Under the pieces are notes generated by a model. That model saw only the letters and a list, made by a program, of their open reading frames with translations, was not told the origin of the DNA and made no database searches. Made by a program: the position numbers and the translations under genes. Positions 13,926-22,428 of a stretch of 32,000 bases of DNA are shown here, in pieces (the stretch's first letter is position 1; each line of letters opens with the position of its first letter). Source of the DNA: Candidatus Saccharimonas aalborgensis (GTDB lineage Bacteria; Patescibacteriota; Saccharimonadia; Saccharimonadales; Saccharimonadaceae); the NCBI RefSeq assembly GCF_000392435.1, contig NC_021219.1, positions 720,001 through 752,000 of the forward strand, written 5' to 3'.

Positions 13926-15584
13926 ATGGTCAAAAAACCTTCTGTTGACGGCTTTATTCCACGACGCTCGCCTGGGGCAATAGGCGAGTATCATCAGGGG
14001 TATACCCCAGTTTTGCCAGCGCCGGTCAGCGAAGCATCTGGTCTGAAGCGGGCGGAGACTAAGAGTGCGCCAGTATTGGCTGCGAGCGGTCAAGCATTGA
14101 GTCGCGCGGACGTCGATGAGTCACTTAGGCAAATTGACGAGTCGTCAGTAGTAGAGATTGCAGAAAAAAGGCATAAGCGTTTCCGACGACGAACCGCTAA
14201 GCGGCCCGTGTCTTCTCGACGCAAACTCGTGAAGTGGCTAGTGATTGCTGTTATCACCACGATGGTGGTGTTTGCCGGCTGGTTTGGTGTCAAAGTGCTC
14301 CTCGCAGGTCATGCAGTATTTAAAGGAGATTTTTTCGGTATATTGCAACAGAGAGAACTAAAACAGGATGCTAATGGACGTAGTAATGTATTGATTGTCG
14401 GTACGTCTGAAGATGATCCGGGGCATCAAGGCGCAACTCTGACAGATTCAATCATGATTCTCAGCATTGATCAAAAAAATAAGAACGCTTATATGATCAG
14501 TATCCCTAGGGACATGGAGGTACGATATGGACGTTCGTGCGTCGGAACGGGTAACAATGCGGGTAAAATAAACGCATTCTTTGCTTGTTCAAATGATGAT
14601 TTCAGTTCAGATTCCGCCGAGACCGAGCGTCAGAACGAGGCGCGTAAGTTCTTTGGCGATATCGTCGGGCTGGATATTCAGTACAGTGTACATGTCAACT
14701 ACAGTGTGATGCGTGATCTTGTGGGAGCGCTGGGTGGTATTACTGTGACCATTGAGAGCCGCGATCCACGTGGGCAGATGGATGCAAACTTCGACTGGAA
14801 ATGTAGAGGTGGTAACGCCTATGCGAGCTTGGCAACGATGAAGAAAAATTGCCCGCCCAACGGCCATTTTATTGATTATCCAAATGGGCCGGTGACGCTC
14901 GATGCTGAACACGCTCTGTATCTTGCACAGGCACGTGGTGATGTCGAAAACTATGGTTTTGAGATGTCAAACTTTGATCGTGAGAAAAATCAGCAAAAAA
15001 TTATTGTTGCAATCAAAGAGAAGGCCATGAGCAGCGGCACTCTGACTGACATTGGAAAAGTCATGGGTATTATCGACGCAATTGGAAAAAATTTGCGTAC
15101 CAACTTTGACACTAGCGAGATCAGGACCTTGACCTCACTTGCAAAAGACATTCCGTCATCAAGCGTCCAAAGTATTAGCCTCATCGACAATCAATTGGTT
15201 GATCCTTCCGGCCAGCCGAGAGCGGGCTTATATAATTTCTCAAAAATACAAGCGTTTCTCAAGAAAAGGTTGAGCACCGATCCACTACTTGCCGAAGGCG
15301 CGCAAGTGACGGTTCTTAACGGGTCAGGAGTGACAGGTGCCGCTCAGAAACAAGTCGATACTCTAGCAGACATAGGGATAGACGCGACGGCAGGGAATGC
15401 GCCGTCGGGAGAGTATTCGGCAAACATCATTTATCAACTAACCGATAAAAAGCCCGCAACTGCCAAAAAATTAACTGAGCTCTACGGAGTAACACCAGTC
15501 ACAACCGCGCCTCCAGTGACGGTCAGTGAAGGCGTGGACTTTGTCATCATTTTGGCACCTCCCACTAAGTCAGCTACTCCGTAG
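13926..15584 (+). CDS. LytR-CpsA-Psr (LCP) family cell-envelope phosphotransferase with C-terminal LytR_C-like domain
   Basis: 552 aa with an N-terminal cytoplasmic tail and one TM segment. The LCP core is NVLIVGTSEDD...TLTDSIMILSIDQKNKNAYMISIPRDMEV. The C-terminus has VTVLNGSGVTGAAQK. Confidence 0.85.
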   Translation: MVKKPSVDGFIPRRSPGAIGEYHQGYTPVLPAPVSEASGLKRAETKSAPVLAASGQALSRADVDESLRQIDESSVVEIAEKRHKRFRRRTAKRPVSSRRKLVKWLVIAVITTMVVFAGWFGVKVLLAGHAVFKGDFFGILQQRELKQDANGRSNVLIVGTSEDDPGHQGATLTDSIMILSIDQKNKNAYMISIPRDMEVRYGRSCVGTGNNAGKINAFFACSNDDFSSDSAETERQNEARKFFGDIVGLDIQYSVHVNYSVMRDLVGALGGITVTIESRDPRGQMDANFDWKCRGGNAYASLATMKKNCPPNGHFIDYPNGPVTLDAEHALYLAQARGDVENYGFEMSNFDREKNQQKIIVAIKEKAMSSGTLTDIGKVMGIIDAIGKNLRTNFDTSEIRTLTSLAKDIPSSSVQSISLIDNQLVDPSGQPRAGLYNFSKIQAFLKKRLSTDPLLAEGAQVTVLNGSGVTGAAQKQVDTLADIGIDATAGNAPSGEYSANIIYQLTDKKPATAKKLTELYGVTPVTTAPPVTVSEGVDFVIILAPPTKSATP

Positions 15585-15609
15585 ATTCGTGATATAATAA
15601 GCTTCACAT

Positions 15610-16392
15610 ATGGATTTGCTCAAGTCACATAAGCGTCGTTCGCGGATAAGTGAAGTCCTCTATATTACTCTCAATATTGGCCTGGCGCTGTCACTGTTTG
15701 TCGTGGTTCTTTCCGTCCAATCAACTTGGCTAGCATATCTTTTGGTGCTACTAAGCAAATGGCGTGCTCTTGCTGTGCGTCCGAGATTTTGGTTTGCCAA
15801 TCTTGTCGCCAATCTCGTCGACATTATTGTCGGGTTAGCGGTTGTGACGCTTATGTACGCTGCATCGGGTATCGTACCGCTCCAGGCTGCGTTGGCAGTT
15901 ATCTACAGCGTGTGGCTACTTTTTATTAAGCCTCGCTCGAGTAAATTATACGTTGCAATCCAGGCAGCAGCAGCCGTCTTTTTTGGAGTCACGGCTCTTT
16001 CGCTCGTTGCCTATGCCCCACACTCGACCATATTTGTCGCTGGTATGTGGCTGATAGGCTATTCGTCGGCACGTCACGTACTGGGTAGTTATGAAGAGAA
16101 CATGACGGTGCTCTATAGTCTTATTGCCGGGCTCATGTTTGCCGAACTGGGATGGCTAGGATATCACTGGCTATTTGCTTATACGCTTCCTGGATTTGGA
16201 CAAATAAAATTATCCCAACTTGCTATCCTGACGACTCTCTACTGTTTTGTTGCAGAACGTGCCTATGCAAGTTACCATCGACACGGCGTCGTCAAAACAC
16301 GCGACATCCTGATGCCCACGCTGCTCGCACTCAGTATCACGATAGTTTTGGTGATATTTTATAACGATGTAAGTGCTATAAAGTCAGTATAG
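15610..16392 (+). CDS. hypothetical polytopic membrane protein
   Basis: 260 aa with about 7 hydrophobic segments and no recognised family. TGaTATAAT lies at 15590-15598, only 11 nt upstream of the ATG, and no SD is present. Confidence 0.6.
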   Translation: MDLLKSHKRRSRISEVLYITLNIGLALSLFVVVLSVQSTWLAYLLVLLSKWRALAVRPRFWFANLVANLVDIIVGLAVVTLMYAASGIVPLQAALAVIYSVWLLFIKPRSSKLYVAIQAAAAVFFGVTALSLVAYAPHSTIFVAGMWLIGYSSARHVLGSYEENMTVLYSLIAGLMFAELGWLGYHWLFAYTLPGFGQIKLSQLAILTTLYCFVAERAYASYHRHGVVKTRDILMPTLLALSITIVLVIFYNDVSAIKSV

Positions 16393-17274
16393 TCACTGTG
16401 CACGCCGAAAGGCGAGACAAAATCCATCGGTTTTAAGATGGTCAAGGTTCCGTGAAACTGCGCGAGCGATGATCTGAGGGTGTTGGCGCGGATCAGCTTC
16501 GAGAATAAGGATCGATCCCACCTGTGTTACTCTGGGAAGTTGATCAAATAGTTCGTATATCAGCGCCAACCCACCTTCATCGGCGAAGAGAGCTTCTGGT
16601 GGTTCTGCATCAGTTTCGGGAGAGCACTGCCAGGAGTGATCAACATAAGGGAGATTGGCAATTACGTACCGGTAGTTCATTGAATCAACTGAGTGAAGCA
16701 GGTCGGAACGTATGCACGTAACGTTTGCAGCGAGGAGGCGAGCGTTTTCTTCGGCAATGCGTAAGGCATGATGACTATTGTCACTGAGTGTCACCTCAAG
16801 ATGCGGGTATTCAAGACAGGCAGTAATACCCAGGCAGCCACTCCCGGTGCCAATATCGATGAGCTTGGCAGGGTTGGTAGTGACGTATTCTCCTAATAAC
16901 TGAATGATTGTCTCGGATTCGGGTCGCGGAATTAATGTCGCGGGTGTTACTTTAAACAGTCTTCCGTAAAACTCCTTATGGCCAATAATGTAGGCAATCG
17001 GTGTGCGATCGAGCCGAAGGTCAAGGCGTGCATTGGCGATATTGAGTTCTCTCAAAGAGAGGAAGTTATGCGCATGGGCGTGCAAAAAAGTTCGGGATTT
17101 TCGGAGGGTATGCGAAAGAATGATCTCGGCATCGAGCAGGGCACTCGTGATACCAATATCAGCAAGTTGCTCAGCAGCATCCCGAAGCCAGTGGTTGATG
17201 GTAGTGTGTTTATCGAGAACAAAGGTCATAACACCTTGATTGTAGCACGAATCACTAGACACTATGGCGCTCAT
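16393..17274 (-). CDS. prmC: release factor glutamine N5-methyltransferase PrmC/HemK
   Basis: 293 aa with the SAM motif IDIGTGSGCLGI. The catalytic tetrapeptide is at the expected position but reads NLPY (VIANLPYV) instead of NPPY. It lies in the rpmE-prfA-prmC neighbourhood. The start could alternatively be M16 (17229). Confidence 0.85.
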   Translation of the reverse strand: MSAIVSSDSCYNQGVMTFVLDKHTTINHWLRDAAEQLADIGITSALLDAEIILSHTLRKSRTFLHAHAHNFLSLRELNIANARLDLRLDRTPIAYIIGHKEFYGRLFKVTPATLIPRPESETIIQLLGEYVTTNPAKLIDIGTGSGCLGITACLEYPHLEVTLSDNSHHALRIAEENARLLAANVTCIRSDLLHSVDSMNYRYVIANLPYVDHSWQCSPETDAEPPEALFADEGGLALIYELFDQLPRVTQVGSILILEADPRQHPQIIARAVSRNLDHLKTDGFCLAFRRAQ

Positions 17275-17324
17275 GTATTACACTCTTAGTAGTTAATTGA
17301 TCATCAATAAAGGAGATTACGTCT

Positions 17325-17873
17325 ATGTCACAAGATCAACCGCATCATCAAGGAGACCACGCTCCAGCTCAACCGCCGGTGGTAGAGCAACCACCAATGC
17401 AACAACCAGTAAATCCTTATTTTGCTCAGTCTCAAGGAGCTCCCGTGCAGTATATTGTTGCAAGTCAGTCACTCAAAGGTATTGGCGGCTGGCTTCTCTT
17501 TTGGGTAATTATCCTTGGCTTAGCGGGAGTGGGCTATATTACGCTATTCTTTGCTGCACTTACGAATCTTGATTCGCCAAGTGCTATAGTGATGGCGATT
17601 TTTGCGCCATTCTTGGCAATAACTGCTCTTGGAGCTGTGGTCTCTATCTCAATGCAAAAGAAGCTTGGTAAACTCGCAGCTATGGCTTATATCGGTGTGG
17701 CGGTGCTCTATAGTGTTATCAATGCGATTGTTTCGTTTGCTGCCGGCACAGGTGGTAGCAGCTCGAACATCGCTACTCTCATGGGTAGCATTGTTGGCAC
17801 AATCGTCTTTGGCGGATTGATGATCCTCTACTTTATTCAGTCGAGGCGCGTCAAAGAAACACTCGTCAACTAA
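17325..17873 (+). CDS. hypothetical membrane protein with Pro/Gln-rich N-terminus
   Basis: 182 aa with RBS aaaggaga (17309-17316). There are four hydrophobic segments after a P/Q-rich 45-aa head. No family was recognised. Confidence 0.6.
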   Translation: MSQDQPHHQGDHAPAQPPVVEQPPMQQPVNPYFAQSQGAPVQYIVASQSLKGIGGWLLFWVIILGLAGVGYITLFFAALTNLDSPSAIVMAIFAPFLAITALGAVVSISMQKKLGKLAAMAYIGVAVLYSVINAIVSFAAGTGGSSSNIATLMGSIVGTIVFGGLMILYFIQSRRVKETLVN

Positions 17874-17893
17874 GAGACGCGGAAAGTACGAAT

Positions 17894-17929
17894 AAAAACG
17901 GGCTATGGTCACGGAGTAGTCCGTTTTTT
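17894..17929. terminator. terminator hairpin between convergent membrane-protein gene and prfA
   Basis: aaaaacgggctat (17894-17906) pairs with agtagtccgttttt (about 17915-17928). The stem is flanked by an A-run and a T-run, so it could act on both strands. Confidence 0.65.
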
Positions 17930-19004
17930 AACCCTTACTATTAGCTTGTGCAGCTAACAACTCACGTTCGTATGCTTGCAGATGCTCAATGAGATCATCG
18001 ATGTCGCCATTCATGGCGCCAGTGATATTGCTCCGGCTGTAGCCGATTCGATGGTCAGTGATGCGATCTTGGGGGAAGTTGTAGGTACGAATCTTTTCAC
18101 TTCGGTCGCCCGTACCGACGAGGCTACGGCGCTCAGCAGTCAATTTTGCCTGTTCCTCATCTATTTTAATTTGGAGGAGGCGACTACGGAGAACACTCAT
18201 GGCCTTTTCTTTATTTTTGATTTGTGATTTCTCATCTTGGTTGGTAACTACCATACCAGTAGGTAAGTGCGTGATGCGCACGGCGCTGTCGGTAGTATTG
18301 ACGCTTTGGCCGCCGTGGCCGCCACTTCTAAACACATCGATTCGGAGATCGTTGGGGCCAATCTCAACATCAGCTTCCTCTGCCTCGGGGAGGACGGCAA
18401 CGGTGACCGTGCTGGTATGGATACGGCCCTGACTTTCTGTGACTGGTACGCGCTGAACACGGTGGACACCACCCTCGAACTTGAGCTTTGCATAGGGGGC
18501 ATCACCCTTAATCATGATAATCACTTCTTTATAACCGCCGGACTCGTTAGCACTCTCGCTCATGAGCTCGGTTTTGTAGCCATGGGTTTCACACCAACGC
18601 AGGTACATCCGGTAGAGTTCTGCAGCAAACAGGCCTGCCTCGTCACCACCGGCACCAGCGCGAATCTCAACGATGATATTTTTTTCATCGTTTGGGTCTT
18701 TTGGGGTCAGCATGATAAATAAGTCGTTTTCAATGACTTCGAGATTGTGCTCGATCTCTACCACTTCAGATTTTGCTAAGTCGGCTAATTCGTCCGATCC
18801 TTGAGAGAGCTCCTTTGCCTCGAGAAGATTTCTTGTGAGATGCTCGCGCTCACTTGCTTTTGCGATGATAGCATCAAGTTCGCTAAACCGTTTGTTTTTG
18901 GCAGTATACTCTGGATCGGCATAGGCATTTGGTTGCGCCAGAAAATTAGCAAGAGACTGTTTCTCAGCTTTTAGGTCGGCCAAATTGAGGTTGATAGTGG
19001 GCAT
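17928..19004 (-). CDS. prfA: peptide chain release factor 1
   Basis: 358 aa with the GGQ motif ([25 protein letters not shown]) and an RF1-type PxT tripeptide ([14 protein letters not shown]). Confidence 0.95.
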   Translation of the reverse strand: MPTINLNLADLKAEKQSLANFLAQPNAYADPEYTAKNKRFSELDAIIAKASEREHLTRNLLEAKELSQGSDELADLAKSEVVEIEHNLEVIENDLFIMLTPKDPNDEKNIIVEIRAGAGGDEAGLFAAELYRMYLRWCETHGYKTELMSESANESGGYKEVIIMIKGDAPYAKLKFEGGVHRVQRVPVTESQGRIHTSTVTVAVLPEAEEADVEIGPNDLRIDVFRSGGHGGQSVNTTDSAVRITHLPTGMVVTNQDEKSQIKNKEKAMSVLRSRLLQIKIDEEQAKLTAERRSLVGTGDRSEKIRTYNFPQDRITDHRIGYSRSNITGAMNGDIDDLIEHLQAYERELLAAQANSKG

Positions 19005-19021
19005 GTCTTACCTCATTATAC

Positions 19022-19050
19022 AAAAAGAGATTGTGTCGGAGCACAATCTC
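19022..19050 (-). terminator. rho-independent terminator of rpmE (minus strand)
   Basis: gagattgtg (19027-19035) pairs with cacaatctc (19042-19050), loop tcggag. On the minus strand it is followed by TTTTT (19022-19026), then TATAAT (complement of 19015-19020) 10 nt before the prfA ATG. Confidence 0.75.
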
Positions 19051-19065
19051 CCTAGTATTATATTG

Positions 19066-19386
19066 TTATTTTTCGGTTTTTTGGGCTTTGCGAGCGTTTT
19101 GCTTCTTGGCTTTGGCGGCCATTTGATGACGCAATTCCTCGGCAGCCTTTCGGCGAGCTTCAAATCGGTCGACGCGGCCTTCGGTATCGATAATCTTTTC
19201 CTCACCAGTAAAGAATGGGTGAGAGGCAGACGATACGTGGACTTTTATAAGAGGATACTCGTTGCCATCTTCCCATTTGATCGTCTCAGAACTCTGAGCA
19301 GTCGAACGGGTGAGAAAGCTAAAGCCTGCTTGTTCGTCGCTAAATACGACCAGGCGATAATCTTGTGGGTGAATACTGCTTTTCAT
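19066..19386 (-). CDS. rpmE: 50S ribosomal protein L31, type B (Zn-independent form) with Lys/Ala-rich C-terminal extension
   Basis: Starts at the internal Met of the 192-aa ORF-track entry ([17 protein letters not shown]...[14 protein letters not shown]...GRVDRF). It matches type-B L31 (YkgM-like) and has no CxxC motifs. The upstream 86 codons of the ORF have no L31 similarity and run through the divergent promoter region. Confidence 0.9.
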   Translation of the reverse strand: MKSSIHPQDYRLVVFSDEQAGFSFLTRSTAQSSETIKWEDGNEYPLIKVHVSSASHPFFTGEEKIIDTEGRVDRFEARRKAAEELRHQMAAKAKKQNARKAQKTEK

Positions 19387-19457
19387 ATCCGTACCATCGT
19401 AGCAGAAAAGTCTCTCCGTGTCAAAGGGTGCGCCTCTGTACCAAAGCATAACAAGTA

Positions 19458-19466
19458 TGCTATGAT
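19458..19466 (+). promoter_or_regulatory. extended -10 element TGcTATGAT upstream of the 568-aa ORF
   Basis: tgctatgat at 19458-19466, the same TGnTAtaAT architecture seen upstream of ftsA, ftsZ, parA, frr, lysS and others. If it is used, the transcript would start near 19473, which favours ATG 19494 over GTG 19467 as the start codon. Confidence 0.4.
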
Positions 19467-21173
19467 GTGGAGGAAGAGAAAGTAAACATAAACATGCCGG
19501 TAGAGCAGGAGATTGGAACACACGAAGCAGCGACGCAGATGGATGCGATTGTTGCTGGCGTGCGCGAACACCATGATCTGAATGAGACAGTGCAATTTGA
19601 TGATAGTGACCCTTTGGGTGAAGAAAACGTCCAGTCTTTGACACACCACCTGGAAATGATGCTCGAGGCGGTAGAAGATTTTGGTTCGTACCGAGATGGT
19701 GATTATGTCGATGAGGAGTTTGTGCAATATGTCATACAGGGCGGATACTCGATTGAAGCAGCATCCGGGCTTATCGATGCGATCCGGAGGTGCGAAGTTG
19801 CCTTCTCTGAGGAAAATCAAGGCGAAGCAACACAGCTTCTGCGCGTTGTCGAGGCAATCCCTTCCGAGTTACTACAGGAGATATACACAGCTGATCCTGA
19901 CAACAAGGCAAACCCTATAACTGCATTACTGAATAGTATTCCGCTGGATGGCAGTCATGCAGCGCAGCTTTTGCGTATTCTCGACAAGTGTCAGGATGAA
20001 GATATGTCAACGGTTGACGCATTGACGTACCCTGAGTATATGAGGCTATTTGCTGCGATGGAGTCAAATGAGCGCGATTTTGAGCTGGCGCGCATTCCGT
20101 CTCATCCCGAGAGTACTTCATATGAAGCAATCGCTGATTTCAATCAGAGGGTTGTTAATCGTGTCTATTGGTTGATGGGTGAGCAACTTGGCCTTCCTAT
20201 GCATATCGTTGACGCTTATATTGCAAATGCGCGTTTCCGCCATACTCACCTCATGCCTAACGGGTCGGAGTTACTAACGGCGTTTGAGGGTGACCGGATA
20301 GCCGATGATATCTATGGCATCGCGGCATGTGTCGAAGCGGTAGGTATCGATGACTTTAAGCGACTCGATGAGGCGTTTACTCTGGAAACTCCTGAGATCT
20401 ATCGCCCAGAAGATTTACGCATCATGCGCGGCATACTCGATGGCGATGAAATGATACTCGAGGAACTGAGAAGGGGCGATCTGACGGTCGTATTCTTCGA
20501 TGCAAGGGGTGACACAAAGAGCGTTATCGTTGACTCAGTAAGAGCATACCGTAAAACTTCGGGGAGAGTTCTATTTTTTGAGATGTCCGGGGCTGAAACA
20601 GTAAAAGCGCGTAAGAAACAACTCGTAGAAAGAGGCCTTCACCCAAGTACCGTGGTATTTGACAGTCATGGCTCGCCGGGCTCAATAGAGGGTAATCGTG
20701 GAAAAAGTCGGTATCGAATCGTAAGTGAGCGGCGGGCAATGCGAACAAGGCGTGATGTTTTTGTGGGAGATATAGTGGATCAATTATTGAGTGATGGGTT
20801 TATGCAACCAGGTCGAGGTATTGATGACTCCAGTGGGGCGTCTGGAGCAGTTGAGATATTCTTTAGTGCATGCAGTACTGATCAAGAGGTCGATAGAGGT
20901 GTGGGTAGCACTCGCGCTAGGAGTGTCGCACAAGCTGCAATAGATGCTACGATTGGTAACCAAAATAGGGTGCTCGTCTATGGAAGCCGTGCACCAATGC
21001 ATCTTCTATGGGGCAATGGCAGGATACGTTATATTGATGACGATCACCATAATGGTACTGGTGAGGATAGGTCAGTAATGACGCGGTATACCTTCGATCC
21101 AGATCGTTTCGCGGATGAAGGAATAGTATTTGAATATATTGATGGAGTAGTACATGACAGGAGAGCAGCATGA
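19467..21173 (+). CDS. hypothetical protein with C-terminal CHAT/caspase-like (clan CD-like) His-Cys domain
   Basis: 568-aa ORF (GTG 19467, alternative ATG 19494). The N-terminal 330 aa or so are acidic and helical with no recognised family. The C-terminal region has an alternating beta/alpha pattern with [16 protein letters not shown] (His401, nt 20667-20669) and [13 protein letters not shown] (Cys469, nt 20871-20873), then ...[10 protein letters not shown]. This resembles the CHAT/DUF4347 signatures (..HG.. and ..LSACxT..). The assignment rests on motif recognition only. Confidence 0.6.
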   Translation: MEEEKVNINMPVEQEIGTHEAATQMDAIVAGVREHHDLNETVQFDDSDPLGEENVQSLTHHLEMMLEAVEDFGSYRDGDYVDEEFVQYVIQGGYSIEAASGLIDAIRRCEVAFSEENQGEATQLLRVVEAIPSELLQEIYTADPDNKANPITALLNSIPLDGSHAAQLLRILDKCQDEDMSTVDALTYPEYMRLFAAMESNERDFELARIPSHPESTSYEAIADFNQRVVNRVYWLMGEQLGLPMHIVDAYIANARFRHTHLMPNGSELLTAFEGDRIADDIYGIAACVEAVGIDDFKRLDEAFTLETPEIYRPEDLRIMRGILDGDEMILEELRRGDLTVVFFDARGDTKSVIVDSVRAYRKTSGRVLFFEMSGAETVKARKKQLVERGLHPSTVVFDSHGSPGSIEGNRGKSRYRIVSERRAMRTRRDVFVGDIVDQLLSDGFMQPGRGIDDSSGASGAVEIFFSACSTDQEVDRGVGSTRARSVAQAAIDATIGNQNRVLVYGSRAPMHLLWGNGRIRYIDDDHHNGTGEDRSVMTRYTFDPDRFADEGIVFEYIDGVVHDRRAA

Positions 21174-21607
21174 GTGAGATCCCTGGTGATGTGAAGCCCA
21201 TTATCGGCGTAATCGAAAGACCGATCGATTACCGCGAGGAGTATGAGCTTCTCGCTCAACTATTAGCGCAAGTTCTCTATGAGTATCGGCAAGGACGTCC
21301 AAGTGATGGCTTCGATACGTTAATGCGTGAGGATGGAGGTCGTCTCCAGGTTGTTTCCCCGAGTCAACAAAAGCTTCGCATCAATGTGATGGAGAATGAT
21401 CAAGAAACAGGAGAAGAAATCACTGAGACAATGCACGCGGATATGATGGGGAACGAGACAGTGGTCAGTCACGGTGTTTCATCAGATAAGGATGGCGTGC
21501 TGAGCGATCTCGCGCCACTTCGCTATGATGCCTATGGATGCGAGGTACTGACTGACATGATCGAGTATCTCTTTGTCATCCAGGCAGCGAGACGCCGATC
21601 GCCATAA
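21170..21607 (+). CDS. hypothetical acidic protein, translationally coupled to the CHAT-like protein
   Basis: 145 aa. Its ATG overlaps the upstream TGA in an ATGA junction (21170-21173). No family was recognised. The protein is acidic (ENDQETGEEITETMHADMMGNE). Confidence 0.65.
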   Translation: MSEIPGDVKPIIGVIERPIDYREEYELLAQLLAQVLYEYRQGRPSDGFDTLMREDGGRLQVVSPSQQKLRINVMENDQETGEEITETMHADMMGNETVVSHGVSSDKDGVLSDLAPLRYDAYGCEVLTDMIEYLFVIQAARRRSP

Positions 21608-21633
21608 GGGGTAGACAAAAGAAATCATATCTG

Positions 21634-21650
21634 ATACCCTGAGAGGGTAT
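21634..21650 (+). terminator. hairpin closing the two-gene cassette (weak terminator candidate)
   Basis: ataccct-gag-agggtat is a perfect 7-bp stem at 21634-21650, followed by attagttt. The loop is short and the T-run weak. Confidence 0.35.
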
Positions 21651-21722
21651 ATTAGTTTAACGAAACAACTCTGCACGGATATCCTGAGTATAGGTGTGTA
21701 GAGTGAAGGGAGTAAGGATATC

Positions 21723-22427
21723 ATGGCCGTAGAGGTTGATATCAAGGCTTTGCTCGAAGCCGGTGTTCATTTCGGACACAAAACGAGTCGTTGGCACCCA
21801 AAGATGGCGCCATACATCCATAGCAAACGGCAAGACAGTCATATCATTGACCTGACAAAGACCGTCGATGCGCTTGAAAAAGCGCTGCCATTCATCACAA
21901 AAGTTGTCGCGAGTGGTAAGCCAGTCCTCTTTGTAGGGACAAAAAAACAAGCAAAGGAAGCAGTAAAAGCAGCCGCCGAATCATGTGGTCAACCATACGT
22001 TACTGAACGTTGGGTTGGCGGCATGCTGACCAATGTCACGACGACAAACGCCCAGATAAAGAAACTACGTGATCTCGAACGCCGGATGCTAAATGGTGAT
22101 CTCGAAAAGCGCTACAACAAACTTGAGGTTCAGCGATATCAAGAAGAGATTGATTCTCTGAATGTGAAGTATAGCGGCATCAAAGAGCTTAGTGGAAAAC
22201 CCGGCGCAGTCATCGTGATAGATACACTTGTTGATGCGAATGCAATTCGTGAAGCAAATAACCTGCATATTCCTGTTGTTGGCGTGGTTGATACCAATGC
22301 TGATCCGAGTGCTGTATCGTATGCCATTCCTGGTAACGATGATGCGATAAAAGGCACACAACTATTGCTTGATTATTTTGTCGCGGCAGTACGAGAGGCT
22401 GGTGTTGCCAAGAAAGAGGCAGCATAG
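21723..22427 (+). CDS. rpsB: 30S ribosomal protein S2
   Basis: 234 aa with LLEAGVHFGHKTSRWHPKMAPYI and VGTKKQA, colinear with S2. Confidence 0.96.
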   Translation: MAVEVDIKALLEAGVHFGHKTSRWHPKMAPYIHSKRQDSHIIDLTKTVDALEKALPFITKVVASGKPVLFVGTKKQAKEAVKAAAESCGQPYVTERWVGGMLTNVTTTNAQIKKLRDLERRMLNGDLEKRYNKLEVQRYQEEIDSLNVKYSGIKELSGKPGAVIVIDTLVDANAIREANNLHIPVVGVVDTNADPSAVSYAIPGNDDAIKGTQLLLDYFVAAVREAGVAKKEAA

Positions 22428-22428
22428 T

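Noticed and set aside
19387-19644. N-terminal 86-codon extension of the rpmE ORF (192-aa ORF-track entry 19066-19644)
   Set aside because: L31 similarity starts exactly at the internal Met (19386). The extension has no L31 counterpart, runs through the divergent promoter region and overlaps the 568-aa ORF on the other strand.
22369-22428. Upstream starts given by the ORF track for tsf (22369) and uppS (24337)
   Set aside because: The extensions lie inside rpsB and frr respectively and add non-homologous residues. Conserved N-termini begin at ATG 22429 and ATG 24403, each 1 nt after the preceding stop.
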